From a virus, in IMG/VR virus record IMGVR_UViG_3300037475_000032, positions 64,001 through 128,000 of that record: a DNA stretch of 64,000 nucleotides. One strand, written 5' to 3'. The notes under the pieces were generated by a model. That model was not told the DNA's origin. It made no database searches and saw nothing but the letters and a program-made list of their open reading frames with translations. Both the position numbers and the translations under genes were made by a program. Shown here in pieces: positions 26,890-37,835 of the stretch; positions within the stretch are counted from its first letter, which is position 1, and each line of letters begins with the position of its first letter.

Positions 26890-27851
26890 TGCCTATCCTC
26901 ACTCCCAACATAGGACTAGAGGCATGGGATCTTGGAGGCGACGACTTCGACCACTCCCAGCTTGCCAACAACTGGGTCGCCATCGATAACCACGACCACA
27001 CCCCTGGCCGTGGTCTGCGCATCACGTCACCAGCTATCGAACCTCTGAACGTGCTGACAGAGCACATTCAGCTTCTCAACATCACTCAGCCTCTCCTCGC
27101 TACGCCCTCAGTGGGAACGGCTCAGTTGTTCCCTCACAGCGTCACGAGAGAAATCCTCGCCGACCCGGCTGTCTACACGGAAAACATCGCCAATCAGCAG
27201 GTCACGTACGAAAAGCTCGACCCGACAGTCCTGCCGCTCGGCACAGTCGTTCTCTGGTATCGCAAGTCTGGGATGACGAACCTTCCGGGCGGTGGCTGGG
27301 AGATCTGCGATGGACGTGCGTGGTCATCGATCACCAACAGCCTGGGGTACACGACCGGCAACATCCCGGACATGCGAGACTCCTTCGCCATCGGGGCCGA
27401 CATCAACGGCATCGTGGCACCTGGCATCGGGCAGGCAGGGGGAGCCAACGAACGCAACTTCGCTCACTCCCACGGCGTTAACCCTCACGCTCACTCCGTT
27501 CCGCCCCACCTGCACGGGATCGCAGCAGACGGCAACCACACGCACGGCTTTCTTGGCGAAGACAACAACTACCACCAGCTTGTCCAGCAGCTTGTCCGTG
27601 CCCCGATCTCCGAAGCCGAAGTGCGAGATGCCTTGTTCAACCCCGGCATCCACCTTGATCGTACGCACGAATCGGTCATTCAGGAACCATCCCCGCTCCA
27701 GTTCACAGGGCTTCACTCACACGGCGGAGCCACGGGTGCATCGGCCGAATTCGCCACCTCATCCAACGGGAGCAACACGGACACTCAGCTAGGCCCCGTG
27801 GACATGCGACCCCAGTACGTCTCGCTCCTTTACATCATGAGGGTCCGATAG
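26889..27851 (+). CDS. tail fibre / collar-domain protein
   Basis: PLGTVVLW..GWEICDG..PDMRD; HxH repeats; RPQYVSLLYIMR. Confidence 0.8.
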   Translation: MPILTPNIGLEAWDLGGDDFDHSQLANNWVAIDNHDHTPGRGLRITSPAIEPLNVLTEHIQLLNITQPLLATPSVGTAQLFPHSVTREILADPAVYTENIANQQVTYEKLDPTVLPLGTVVLWYRKSGMTNLPGGGWEICDGRAWSSITNSLGYTTGNIPDMRDSFAIGADINGIVAPGIGQAGGANERNFAHSHGVNPHAHSVPPHLHGIAADGNHTHGFLGEDNNYHQLVQQLVRAPISEAEVRDALFNPGIHLDRTHESVIQEPSPLQFTGLHSHGGATGASAEFATSSNGSNTDTQLGPVDMRPQYVSLLYIMRVR

Positions 27852-27944
27852 CACTAAATGTGACCTAACCCGTCAGGGAATAGGTGACATTGAAGCAGCC
27901 GGACAAGCGAAGGCTGCGCGTTAACCAACCATAAGGAAACATAG

Positions 27945-28865
27945 ATGCCTCCATTTCTACCCATCAGAGCCTTCAACCGCTCTCAGCGTCTTCGTATTGG
28001 TAACCAGCAGGTCACCAACAACGCTACGACCTACGTTGACCTTGGTCAGCTACCCGTCGCTCTAGGGCTTCACGCAACGACCGCCACCACAGGTGGTACG
28101 GGACTTGCCGAATCAACCCAGTACTTCTACGCCGTTACGGTTTGTGACGCTTACGGAGGCGAGACCCCGATCTCCGCCGTCGTCAACGTCACGACTGGAG
28201 CCGATCTCACAAGCGCCAACTCGCTCAACTGGATTCCGGTCACGGAGCAGTCAGGCAACTTCACGGCTACGGCTACCTCCTACAACGTCTACCGTGGAAC
28301 AGAAGAAGGCGTTCTCAAAAGGATCGCCTCCGGTGTCACGAACCACTTCTACACGGACACAGGCGTCAACTCGATCAAAAACCCCACCTTCTTGGGTGGC
28401 GGATCACCTCCGACGACCAACAACACCTACTACGCCGCTGAGACCAACCAGAGCGCTCGTAAGGATCTCTCTGCTCACTCGGCTATCGGTTCGTACTACA
28501 CCGTAGGTGGTCTCTCCAACTCCAACAGCGACACCGTTGTCAACAGCGGTGCTACGACAACGCCGACCAACTTGGTCATTGCCGTAGCCGCAGGTGAGTT
28601 GAAGGTGCGCAGCACGGGCGTCTTCATCCCGATTGCCGGTGGAAACACCACGCTTTCGGCCGCTTCGTCCACCGAAGATCGAACGGATCTCGTCTGGGTC
28701 AACGCTGCAACCGGAGCACAGGGCCACACGAGCGGTACTCCTGCTCCAGTTGGTCAGTCAGCACCTCCGGCTGTCCCGGCAGGTGACATTCCAGTCGCCG
28801 CATACCTCGTCGCTAAAAGCGCTACGGCCGCAGTTCTCGTTGCGGACTTGCGCCCACGTCCATAG
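27945..28865 (+). CDS. virion structural protein (FN3-like)
   Basis: YFYAVT..GET, SYNVYRGT, YTDTG; Thr-rich. Confidence 0.65.
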   Translation: MPPFLPIRAFNRSQRLRIGNQQVTNNATTYVDLGQLPVALGLHATTATTGGTGLAESTQYFYAVTVCDAYGGETPISAVVNVTTGADLTSANSLNWIPVTEQSGNFTATATSYNVYRGTEEGVLKRIASGVTNHFYTDTGVNSIKNPTFLGGGSPPTTNNTYYAAETNQSARKDLSAHSAIGSYYTVGGLSNSNSDTVVNSGATTTPTNLVIAVAAGELKVRSTGVFIPIAGGNTTLSAASSTEDRTDLVWVNAATGAQGHTSGTPAPVGQSAPPAVPAGDIPVAAYLVAKSATAAVLVADLRPRP

Positions 28866-28954
28866 TCACACCAACCAGGTAGAGTGGAGAGGTCCCATTT
28901 TTTGTGGGACCTCTTCGCGTTAAAGAGAGATAAGTCCTACCACAGGAGCCCAAG

Positions 28955-29413
28955 ATGAGTAATCAGCCCATGCCGACCATCACGTCACCTGACATGGAGG
29001 TCGATTCCGGGGTAGTCAAGACGCAGAAGCAGTTTTCTGACAACCTCACCCAAGACCTTACGGACGAAGAGATCCAGAAGTGTCTCCGCATCATCGTCCC
29101 GATTAAGACCAAGTGGGAAGGGCGCTTCGTTGCCCGCTTCACCCACAACGACAATCCCAGCGAAAAAGAGATTCACAAGTTCTTGGACGAGTTCGAGGAC
29201 GAGATCAAGACGAGCCTCGCTGAGCAGGTTAACGTGCTCGCCACGGTCGATACCACACCTCTGCTCCTGGGTGAACCTCCCGAGATCGAGTTCATCGGTG
29301 TGCTACCAGGACACTCTATGAACAAGTACGGATTCGACCACGAGAAGAAGACCTGGGAGGTTACCAAGGCGGCGCAGCTTGGCGAAGACTTCCTTGGACA
29401 GAAGGACGCATAA
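28955..29413 (+). CDS. hypothetical protein
   Basis: AGGAG RBS. Confidence 0.75.
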   Translation: MSNQPMPTITSPDMEVDSGVVKTQKQFSDNLTQDLTDEEIQKCLRIIVPIKTKWEGRFVARFTHNDNPSEKEIHKFLDEFEDEIKTSLAEQVNVLATVDTTPLLLGEPPEIEFIGVLPGHSMNKYGFDHEKKTWEVTKAAQLGEDFLGQKDA

Positions 29414-29721
29414 TGCAGTTCGGGACACGAGTCAAGCTCACGAATAAGGCGATTCTCAAGGAGATCGAAAAGATAGCCGATGACGACCAGGATGTGGATA
29501 CGAAAGTCCTCTGGATCGTCTATGTCGCTTGTCTCCATAACCTAGAGGGCGTCATTGCCGGATTGTGGCCTGAGACGGACGTAGAGGCTCCTCCTGGCAT
29601 CCTGGAGATCGTCTGGGATACCTCTGACCCCGAGTGGCGAGAGTACTTGAACAAGCGAGACGAGGAGACGGGCTATCGCCCCTATGGCTGGTTCGAGGAC
29701 GAGCTAGAAGTCATCGAGTAG
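29413..29721 (+). CDS. hypothetical protein
   Basis: Coupled ORF. Confidence 0.7.
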   Translation: MQFGTRVKLTNKAILKEIEKIADDDQDVDTKVLWIVYVACLHNLEGVIAGLWPETDVEAPPGILEIVWDTSDPEWREYLNKRDEETGYRPYGWFEDELEVIE

Positions 29722-31836
29722 ATGAGCCTCAACCTCCTCGATCAGGTAGAACAGACACTAGCGCCGACCAAGGTTGGCATAGTGGAGTTTGCCGAGTCTT
29801 CGGACTACTGCAACAAGCGTCTCTACCCCCGTCAGGCAACCCTTCTCAAGATCATCTTCTTGGAGGAGTTGACAGGGGCGGAGGAGGACGTTCTGGACTA
29901 CTGGATCGCCGGAGGCCGTAACGGTACTGAGATCACCATTTCACCCAACATCCGTGAGCGTATGCAGTACCTACGCGAAAACGGGTACTCGCACTTCCGC
30001 GAGGTTGATCTTGTGGGAGGCCGTCGTAGCTCCAAGGGATTCGTCACTGGACTCGCCATGGCTAAGGTCATGTGGGACTGCTTGCAGCTACAAGACCCAG
30101 GCGAGCACTACGGTATCGACCCCGAGAAGGATATCTACTTCTCATGCGTGGCTGGCTCGGAGCAGCAGGCCAAGGAGTTCCAGTACGCCGACCTTTCGAG
30201 CACGATTGAGACGTGTAGGGCCATGGAGCCCTACCTTGTGAAGTCGTTGGAGACCGAGATTCGAGTCGCCACGAGTACCGACCTTCGCAAGATCTCTCAA
30301 GCCAAGGCCCGAGGCAACCGCATCCAGAAGGATATCGCTCGCCTCAGGGGCAAGGCACTCGCCGCTAACGCCGGAACGCTTCGTGGATCAGCCACCATGG
30401 CTATCTGCATTGACGAGATGGCGCACATGATCCCCGGTGAGTCGAAGGCTGCCGCCGATCAGGTGTACAACGCTTCCGACCCGTCGCTTGACCAGTTCGG
30501 CCTTGACGGCATCATGTTCTGCAACTCGTCACCGTACACCAAGGTCGGGATGTTCTATGAGCGCTACCAGGCATCCCTCATTCCCTTCGACCCGAGCCGT
30601 CCGATTGACGAAGAGGTTGACCCGGAGGAAGGCGAGGTAGCCGCTAATGGCAACCCTCGAACCATGACTTTCCAGTACCCCTCATGGGCTCTATTCGAGG
30701 GCTACCAGTCGAGCAAACACGGCTTCAAGCGAGCCATCACCGTCTCCCCGGACTGGGACCCTGACGCCAAGACCGAGAGTGGCGAGTACGTCTGGAGTGA
30801 GCAAGACCAGAAGGCCATCCGTCAGGCCCGCTCCAAGGAGGCCGACAACCCCGAGACTTACAAGGTCGAGCGTAGGGGCAAGTTCGCTGAGGTAACGGAC
30901 GCCTTCCTCAACCCAACGATGGTGGATCGTATGTTCATGGGTACGCCGCACGAATGGGTCTACGAGACACCAGGCGATACGATCCCCAAGCTCCACTACA
31001 ACCCGCTACCGACCAACTGGGGACAGGGCGCTCTCAACACCTACCGCTACAAGTTCCACGTCGATCCATCGAGCACAACGGCTGGCTTCGGGTTTGCTAT
31101 TGGACACACGGAGATGTTCGACCGTTGGGATGGAGGGGTTGAGGAGCATGTCGTGTTCGACATCATCAAGCGCTGGAATCCCAAAGATTTCCCCGGAGGC
31201 GTCATCCGATGGGACCCGATCCTGGATGAAATCTTCTTCTACGCAGATCTTTTTAGACCGTTTGAGATCACCTTCGATCAGCACCAGTCGGCCGAGCCTA
31301 TTCAGCTACTCCAAGAGCGTTTGCAGGCTCGCAACATAGCCACGCGCGTTTACGAAAAGTTCGCCACCAATGAACTGAACTGGAAGCGTTGGGAGGTCTT
31401 CAAGACCGCCTTGTACCAGGGATTGGTCCATGGCCCATACGACACAGAGGATGCTCATTGGTGCGCTCAGGAGTTGAAGTTCTTGCAGCAGAACAGCACG
31501 AGCGGCAAGTTCCCTCGCGTCGATAGGCAGGAGATCGGCCCCGTCCAGACCAAGGATATGGCGGACTGCGTATCCGAGATCACCCATTCACTCATCGGGA
31601 ACCTGATGGTGAACCGCATGAGGGATCGCTTGTCGCAAGGTGCTCTGCTAGGTGGATCACCGGGCGGATACCGCATCGGTGGAGGCAATGGGCCGCCTGG
31701 AGGACCCGGACCTGTAGGCATCTCCGACTACTATTCGTCGCGCTCGAAGAAGGAGGCACGAGAGTACCAGAACCCATCTCGTGGGGTCGTGGGCGGAGGG
31801 CGCAACCGAATGGGCCGCAACAGGGCCAGATGGTAG
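29722..31836 (+). CDS. terminase large subunit
   Basis: LYPRQ, VGGRRSSKG, ICIDEMAH, NSSP, HVDPS, FDQHQS, KDMAD. Confidence 0.9.
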   Translation: MSLNLLDQVEQTLAPTKVGIVEFAESSDYCNKRLYPRQATLLKIIFLEELTGAEEDVLDYWIAGGRNGTEITISPNIRERMQYLRENGYSHFREVDLVGGRRSSKGFVTGLAMAKVMWDCLQLQDPGEHYGIDPEKDIYFSCVAGSEQQAKEFQYADLSSTIETCRAMEPYLVKSLETEIRVATSTDLRKISQAKARGNRIQKDIARLRGKALAANAGTLRGSATMAICIDEMAHMIPGESKAAADQVYNASDPSLDQFGLDGIMFCNSSPYTKVGMFYERYQASLIPFDPSRPIDEEVDPEEGEVAANGNPRTMTFQYPSWALFEGYQSSKHGFKRAITVSPDWDPDAKTESGEYVWSEQDQKAIRQARSKEADNPETYKVERRGKFAEVTDAFLNPTMVDRMFMGTPHEWVYETPGDTIPKLHYNPLPTNWGQGALNTYRYKFHVDPSSTTAGFGFAIGHTEMFDRWDGGVEEHVVFDIIKRWNPKDFPGGVIRWDPILDEIFFYADLFRPFEITFDQHQSAEPIQLLQERLQARNIATRVYEKFATNELNWKRWEVFKTALYQGLVHGPYDTEDAHWCAQELKFLQQNSTSGKFPRVDRQEIGPVQTKDMADCVSEITHSLIGNLMVNRMRDRLSQGALLGGSPGGYRIGGGNGPPGGPGPVGISDYYSSRSKKEAREYQNPSRGVVGGGRNRMGRNRARW

Positions 31837-31885
31837 TCGCACCTACCTACCTTTATTCGCTGCTCAAACTTGGAAGTAACAGGTG

Positions 31886-32890
31886 ATGACCGATCTAGTT
31901 CCCACATTCGTCCGCAAGGAGGGCATGGTCTATGCCATCCTTGAGGATCGAGTGATCGCAAGCGGGAAGGACTTCAACAAGGTGGAGAAGTCCGCCGTTG
32001 AGTATCTTGATGGACTCAAGACAACCCGCGCAGATCAGGAGAAGGAGAGCCGCCAGAAGGCTGCTACTCACATCGTTACCCCGAACGGGCTCAAGGGCGA
32101 GATCCTTGGGCGCACTGAGGGTATGTGGGGAGAGAAGGAGATCACGGTTCGCTTCGAGAACGGACGCATCGCCAAGTTCCAGGCACATGGCGGCAACGAC
32201 GACCAGATCCAGTACACAACTGAGGCCGCCGACGCACCGTCCAACCCAATCGAGGCGCTACAGCAGGAGCTTGATGCAGACTTCGGGCGCGACAAGGCTG
32301 CCCTTACCTCTCGCGTCGCTTCGCTCGACTCCATCATCTCAGAGGTCTCAAATCATCTCAGAGTCGGAGCCTCCTACACGGATGAGCAAGCTCTCTCGAA
32401 GATCGCTCTACAGGCTGAGCACGAGAAGGGTGAGGTTAACGACGCACTTGCTTACTTGGAGCAGGTTGACGCCGAGAACCTTGGCTACACACCTCCGGTC
32501 CACTCGGCTGTTGAGCAGGCAGAACTTGGACGTGCCAAGGGCGATAGCTGGCTTGACCATACGGTCCAGGCCATGATCGATGAGAGCGCAGGCATCGACT
32601 ACGACAAGATGCTTCGTGAGGAGCCGGGTCAGTTCGTCGCCAGTCTCGAAACAGGCACACTTGCCTCGCAGGGCGTCGTCAGCGAGCTTGCTCACTCACA
32701 CGTCATTGCCAAGACAGCTTCCTTCACAGGTGAGAATGTTGAGTCCTACCGTGATCTCTACGTCGCCGCCGTGGAGCAGGCCCGCAGAGCGGAGCTAGCG
32801 TCCCGTCAAGAGACAGCGAGGAAGGAGGCATCGGTGCAGGAGGATGACCTATCTGGCATCCCCGATGATGTCCTCTTCATGGGAAGGTAG
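31886..32890 (+). CDS. hypothetical virion-associated protein
   Basis: Between terminase and portal. Confidence 0.7.
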   Translation: MTDLVPTFVRKEGMVYAILEDRVIASGKDFNKVEKSAVEYLDGLKTTRADQEKESRQKAATHIVTPNGLKGEILGRTEGMWGEKEITVRFENGRIAKFQAHGGNDDQIQYTTEAADAPSNPIEALQQELDADFGRDKAALTSRVASLDSIISEVSNHLRVGASYTDEQALSKIALQAEHEKGEVNDALAYLEQVDAENLGYTPPVHSAVEQAELGRAKGDSWLDHTVQAMIDESAGIDYDKMLREEPGQFVASLETGTLASQGVVSELAHSHVIAKTASFTGENVESYRDLYVAAVEQARRAELASRQETARKEASVQEDDLSGIPDDVLFMGR

Positions 32891-32893
32891 AGC

Positions 32894-34933
32894 ATGAGCG
32901 ACTTTGGTGGAGTATTCGAGGTTCTTGCATCAGACGACTCACAGGCTCGTCTTGCATCCCGCAGAGCCCTCGTCCTTTCAGAATCACGCATCAACGAGCG
33001 TCTAGGCAGCTTCCTTGGCTCATCCAAGACCGCAGACGAGTTCGACGCTCGTCTCTCCTACGTCGAGGATGACTTCAAGGGGATCATTGCTGTAGCGTGT
33101 GAGGAGGTCGGCCACGGCAACGCCGAGGCCATCTACGCATCCCTCAAGGCTCATTACCGCCCAGCGGTACAAACTCGTACCGCTTCCGTGGTACACGAGG
33201 CCCGCAAGCCCAAGATGTGCCCGTACCACTCGGAGGTCGTGGACATCTCGCTTAGCGCCGGAGACCCGAAGGCCGGTTACGATGTCATGCAGTCACACGC
33301 ATGGGGCGGCAACCACTGCCAGGGTGACTGGGAGGGCAAGTGCAACTTCAAGCGCGAGATGGTCACTCAGTCATTCTGGGATGACCGCCAGAAGGCTCTT
33401 GATGACCAGAAGGCTGAGCGTCTACAGGCACAGCCCGATAACCCGGTCCCTGAGGGCGTTGATACGCCAACCGAGGACATCACCCCTTCCGAGTCCACGG
33501 AGCCTATTGGAGACGCCGGAGAGGGCTCTGATAGCAACGTTGTTGAGTTCCCCTCACCAGTGGATGGCGCACCCGACATCGAGGTGCCTATCGCTGTTGC
33601 TGCCTCCGTCCAGGATTGGCAGCGTCACGCAGGACTCATCAAGATGGCACTCACCCGCAAGGACTACAACCTGCTTGCCGGTGCCATCAAGAGTGCCCCC
33701 ATCAATAACCACGCCGAGGTTGCGGGGCACTTTGCCGATCATCTAGCCGACACCAACGAGCGCTTTGATCGTGACCGTTTCGTCAACGCCGCAACGCCTG
33801 AAAGCAGCGGAGAAAGCGGGGTCGAGTCCAAGGTGGCTGATGCCGCTCCTTCCCAGGAGAGCTTTCCGTGCCAGCAGTGCGGAACGACCGTAAGAGGCTT
33901 CCACGGGCAGGGAAACGGTGAGTGCCCTAACTGCGGCACCGCTCACCTCACAAACGGGCAGCGTGCCTCTAAGGACTACAACCCGTCTGACCAAAGCGAC
34001 GACTCCAACAAGAGCGTTCCATGCCCCGAGTGCGGAGGCGACGGCAAGACCAATGGCGGGAAGAAGTGCCCCCGCTGCAAGGGTCAGGGCCACGTCAACG
34101 ACTGGGGACCTAGCACCCTAGACGCCGTTAGCAGCCACACGGCTGTCATTGCCGGTGACAAGAAGTGGATACAGAAAGCCGTCAAGAAGCCGGGCGAGCT
34201 TCACAAGGATCTAGGCGTTCCTGAGGGAGAGAAGATTCCCGAGGAGAAGCTAGAGGAGGCCGAGCACAGTGACGACCCTAAGGTTCGTGAGCGTGCTCAG
34301 TTTGCCGAGAACGTCAAGGGCCTTGGAAAGGGCAAGAAGTCAGCGCTTGTTGAGCCAGCTAGTGGCAGCGGTGAGGATAATCTTACCGCGCATGAGCGCC
34401 AGTTGATTCAGGAAGGAAGGGCCAAGATCGGTCCAAATGGCATCTTCCAGTTGATAAACCCGGACATGCACACCCCTCCCGGCAAAGAGGCAAAGGTAGC
34501 TGATAACGGTAGCGGGAATACTGGCCTTGGTGGTCCTGAGCCTAAGATGGACAAGGCGCTCTGGACGCCCAAGAACGTTAAGAAGATCGAGGTCCCGAGC
34601 GACGAACATCCTACCAAGGAGAAGGACCCCATCCAGCCTATCAAGGCGGTTAACGATGATCCGCTTGAGGAGATCGGGGAGAAGACAACTGAGCGCGTGG
34701 ACCTGCCAGAGGCAGGCATCAACCTCGATGACTCTGGTTTCGCAGGCAACAACCAGGAGCAGGCACCCGGCACTAAGACGTGGACGGGCACCGATGGACT
34801 GGCCGATCCTGTTACCACACAGGCTTTCGCTAAGGCCGACGACGTAGACATTAACCCGCTTCGTCCGCTTCTCAATGACGGTATTGCCGGATTTGTTCCA
34901 GCATCGGTCATTGATCGTGTTACAGTAAGTTAG
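32894..34933 (+). CDS. multi-module (probable internal virion) protein with Zn ribbons
   Basis: CQQCG..CPNCG; CPECGGDG..CPRCKGQG; repeated [KRH]-x-A motifs. Confidence 0.7.
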   Translation: MSDFGGVFEVLASDDSQARLASRRALVLSESRINERLGSFLGSSKTADEFDARLSYVEDDFKGIIAVACEEVGHGNAEAIYASLKAHYRPAVQTRTASVVHEARKPKMCPYHSEVVDISLSAGDPKAGYDVMQSHAWGGNHCQGDWEGKCNFKREMVTQSFWDDRQKALDDQKAERLQAQPDNPVPEGVDTPTEDITPSESTEPIGDAGEGSDSNVVEFPSPVDGAPDIEVPIAVAASVQDWQRHAGLIKMALTRKDYNLLAGAIKSAPINNHAEVAGHFADHLADTNERFDRDRFVNAATPESSGESGVESKVADAAPSQESFPCQQCGTTVRGFHGQGNGECPNCGTAHLTNGQRASKDYNPSDQSDDSNKSVPCPECGGDGKTNGGKKCPRCKGQGHVNDWGPSTLDAVSSHTAVIAGDKKWIQKAVKKPGELHKDLGVPEGEKIPEEKLEEAEHSDDPKVRERAQFAENVKGLGKGKKSALVEPASGSGEDNLTAHERQLIQEGRAKIGPNGIFQLINPDMHTPPGKEAKVADNGSGNTGLGGPEPKMDKALWTPKNVKKIEVPSDEHPTKEKDPIQPIKAVNDDPLEEIGEKTTERVDLPEAGINLDDSGFAGNNQEQAPGTKTWTGTDGLADPVTTQAFAKADDVDINPLRPLLNDGIAGFVPASVIDRVTVS

Positions 34934-34969
34934 GTATGGCTCCTAGCTGGGAGCAATCAAGGAGAGTAG

Positions 34970-35236
34970 ATGAGCAGAGTTACCGATCTGATCCATCCAG
35001 ACGACATCCGCAACGGGCGTGTACGACCGCCCAATCACATTGCGAACGTCGTCCTTACTCGTTCACCCGCAAACGAGTACAACTACCTCAAGGAAAACTT
35101 CCCTGAGATCATTCCCTTCGTTGCCGAAGGTGAGGATATTCCACAGGATGTCGTGGAGGCCATGCTAGCCCGCCTTGAGGGCGATGAAAAGGACAACAAA
35201 GCCGCTTCAACCCAGTCAGTAAGTAGTGATGGCTAG
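34970..35236 (+). CDS. hypothetical protein
   Basis: AAGGAG RBS. Confidence 0.65.
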   Translation: MSRVTDLIHPDDIRNGRVRPPNHIANVVLTRSPANEYNYLKENFPEIIPFVAEGEDIPQDVVEAMLARLEGDEKDNKAASTQSVSSDG

Positions 35237-37835
35237 CTCAAGCTCACGACTAGACGCAGATCTCGCAAGGCTACGCCGCAACGGTCTAGTTTACACGCGC
35301 CATCCAGCCCGTGCGTCAAGCACGTACGAGGGTGCCGTCAAGGCATCACGCGACATGCACGAAGCCGCAGGTACGGATCTGCGCAACATGTCTATGCGCC
35401 TTGGCCGTCCGATCACGGAGGCTAACTACGACTCTCCTGAGGTGCAGCGCATCATGGGTGAGAACAACGCTCTCACTCAGGCGATGGGAAGCAAGCGCAT
35501 CGCCTACAAGAAGATGCAGCGTCAGTCGTCCTTGGCTCCGTCGTCACCGATGGGCGGCGATGTCTACAATGCCATCCCTCGCTTCTACGACCCGCTTGAG
35601 TACTGGGACCTAGCAGGTATCCCCTGGAACGTCGCGGACGAGGGACATCGCCACAAGCTCCATAAGTGGATGCGTCTCTACTACGCGACCCACTACCTTG
35701 TCCCAATCCTCATCGACATCTTTACCCGCTTCCCCCTCGTCGGGATGGAACTTGAGTGCAAGGACCCGAAGCTCAAGGAGATCTACGAGAACATCTTCCT
35801 CGACAACCTCAACTACGAAGACTTCCTCGTTGCCCTTGGGCGCGAGTTCTGGCTTTGTGGTGAGGCTTTCCCACTCGGCTCCTTTGACGAGGATTTGGGT
35901 GTCTGGGAGCACGAGGAGCTTATCAACCCCGAGGACGTTGTAATCAACAACTTTCCGCTGCTCAACACGCAGCAGTTGAAGATCGTCCCGCCCGACTATC
36001 TCCGCCGCATCGCTCAGACTAAGAGCCCTGCTCGTGAGTGGTACATGCTGCAAGAGAACTACGAGGAGTTGATCCCGTACCTTCTCAAGGGCGAGCACAT
36101 CCCGATCTCGCCAGTCATGTTCCGACAGGTCGGCAACAAGCTCAATCACTGGGACGACCACGGCACGCCGATTCTCCTTCGCGGTCTCCGCACGCTTCTC
36201 CACGAGGAGAAGCTACTAGCATCCCAGGACGCCATTGCCGAGCGTCTGTACAGCCCCTTCTTGCTCGCCAAGCTCGGCATCATGGACATGGGAGACGGGC
36301 TCCCGCCGTGGCTTCCCGGACCTGACGAGCTTGAGTCCGTACGTGACGATTTGGACATCGCTCTGTCGAGTGACTTCCGCGTCATGGTTCACCACTTCGG
36401 CCTTGACCTTACCTCCGTATTCGGGCGCGAGCAGATGCCTCGACTGGGAGACGATTTCGACCGCATCGAACGTCGTCTCATGCAGGTGTTTGGCGTTAAC
36501 CCCTCTCTGCTCTCGGCAGGCACCAACTCACAGCCCTATGCTAGCTCGGCGCTACAAGCCGAGTTCATGAACCAGATCCTTCGCACGTTCCAGAAGATGC
36601 TCAAGTTGCACTTTAAGGAACGTGCTCTTATCGTGGCCGAGGCACAGGGCCACCAGGAATACGAGCGCAAGGGTCAGACGCGCATCCCGGTCTTCGAGCG
36701 CATCGTTGTGTTCGATGAGGAAGGCAATAAGCAGATCAAGGAGGTTCCGAAGCTGCTTGTACCCGATCTCAAGTTTGCCACATTCGATCTTCGTGACGAG
36801 GCCACAGAGCGTCAGTTCCTCCAGTCACTACGCGGACTCGGAGTCCCGATTCCTGACGACAAGCTCATGGTCGGCATCGACTGGAAGATGAAGGATGTCA
36901 TCGAAGACTACAACCAGGAGCTTAAGACCAAGACCATCGCACAGCAGCGAGCCAAGATGGAGACCTACATTGCACTCACGGTGCAGGGTCTTCCGGTGCC
37001 GCTCGACTTGAAGGCAGAGTGCGAGTCCGTCCTTGTCCACGGCGCAGGAGCCGGTGGAGGTGCCCCACAGGGCGCTATGGAAGGCGGAGGCGGCATGGGC
37101 GGAGCACCGCCCCCAGGCGGAGGGGGAGCAGCCCCAGGAGGACCCCCTGGAGGCCCAGGAGGCGGTCCTGGGGGCTCACCTATCGTTATGCCTGGCGCAC
37201 CCCCTGGATTGGGCGGAGGACCCGGTACGGTGCCTCCAGGCGGAGGACCGCCCCCAATCACAGGTATGCAGCCTGGACCGGCTGGCACAGTACCACAAGT
37301 CTCGAACGAGAGACGACCAGGACTTACCTACAACACGAGCACATCTCGTGAGCGATTTGCTCCCAAGGAGGGAACAGCGCTTGCGGAGTTCATGGGCGAG
37401 CACCCGGACTTGGGTGTCCCGTTCACTGACTACGTGACCGACCATAACTCATCCGACCGTGATGCTGGAGAGATCGATCAGCTTGACCGTGACGAGATCG
37501 AGAGACTTCACTCGGAGTGGCCGGAGCACGCAGGCACCTACGCTCAGAGGGTTGCAGGTGAGATTGCGCAAAGAGTTTCCGCACTTGTAGAGGCAGAGAC
37601 AAGTGAAGCTGCTATAGTCGCCGACGAGGAGACAGACGATGGTGAATTCGTTCTTGGTGGTAACCAGGAACTAACAAAGGATGCAAGCGGTAATGAGATC
37701 ATCGTGGAGTCACCTCACAAGCGTCGAGTGAAGATCGAGGCAGAGTCGAAGAAGCGCTACTCAATAGTAGATCCACTAGCCCCTGAACTAGAAGAGGAAA
37801 CCGACAGTGAATCAGAATCAAAGCCTGCTAGATAA
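35229..37835 (+). CDS. probable portal protein with Gly/Pro-rich linker
   Basis: Near terminase; REFWLCGEAF, LINPED, GTPILLR, FGVNPSLL pattern typical of portals. Confidence 0.72.
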   Translation: MASSSSRLDADLARLRRNGLVYTRHPARASSTYEGAVKASRDMHEAAGTDLRNMSMRLGRPITEANYDSPEVQRIMGENNALTQAMGSKRIAYKKMQRQSSLAPSSPMGGDVYNAIPRFYDPLEYWDLAGIPWNVADEGHRHKLHKWMRLYYATHYLVPILIDIFTRFPLVGMELECKDPKLKEIYENIFLDNLNYEDFLVALGREFWLCGEAFPLGSFDEDLGVWEHEELINPEDVVINNFPLLNTQQLKIVPPDYLRRIAQTKSPAREWYMLQENYEELIPYLLKGEHIPISPVMFRQVGNKLNHWDDHGTPILLRGLRTLLHEEKLLASQDAIAERLYSPFLLAKLGIMDMGDGLPPWLPGPDELESVRDDLDIALSSDFRVMVHHFGLDLTSVFGREQMPRLGDDFDRIERRLMQVFGVNPSLLSAGTNSQPYASSALQAEFMNQILRTFQKMLKLHFKERALIVAEAQGHQEYERKGQTRIPVFERIVVFDEEGNKQIKEVPKLLVPDLKFATFDLRDEATERQFLQSLRGLGVPIPDDKLMVGIDWKMKDVIEDYNQELKTKTIAQQRAKMETYIALTVQGLPVPLDLKAECESVLVHGAGAGGGAPQGAMEGGGGMGGAPPPGGGGAAPGGPPGGPGGGPGGSPIVMPGAPPGLGGGPGTVPPGGGPPPITGMQPGPAGTVPQVSNERRPGLTYNTSTSRERFAPKEGTALAEFMGEHPDLGVPFTDYVTDHNSSDRDAGEIDQLDRDEIERLHSEWPEHAGTYAQRVAGEIAQRVSALVEAETSEAAIVADEETDDGEFVLGGNQELTKDASGNEIIVESPHKRRVKIEAESKKRYSIVDPLAPELEEETDSESESKPAR

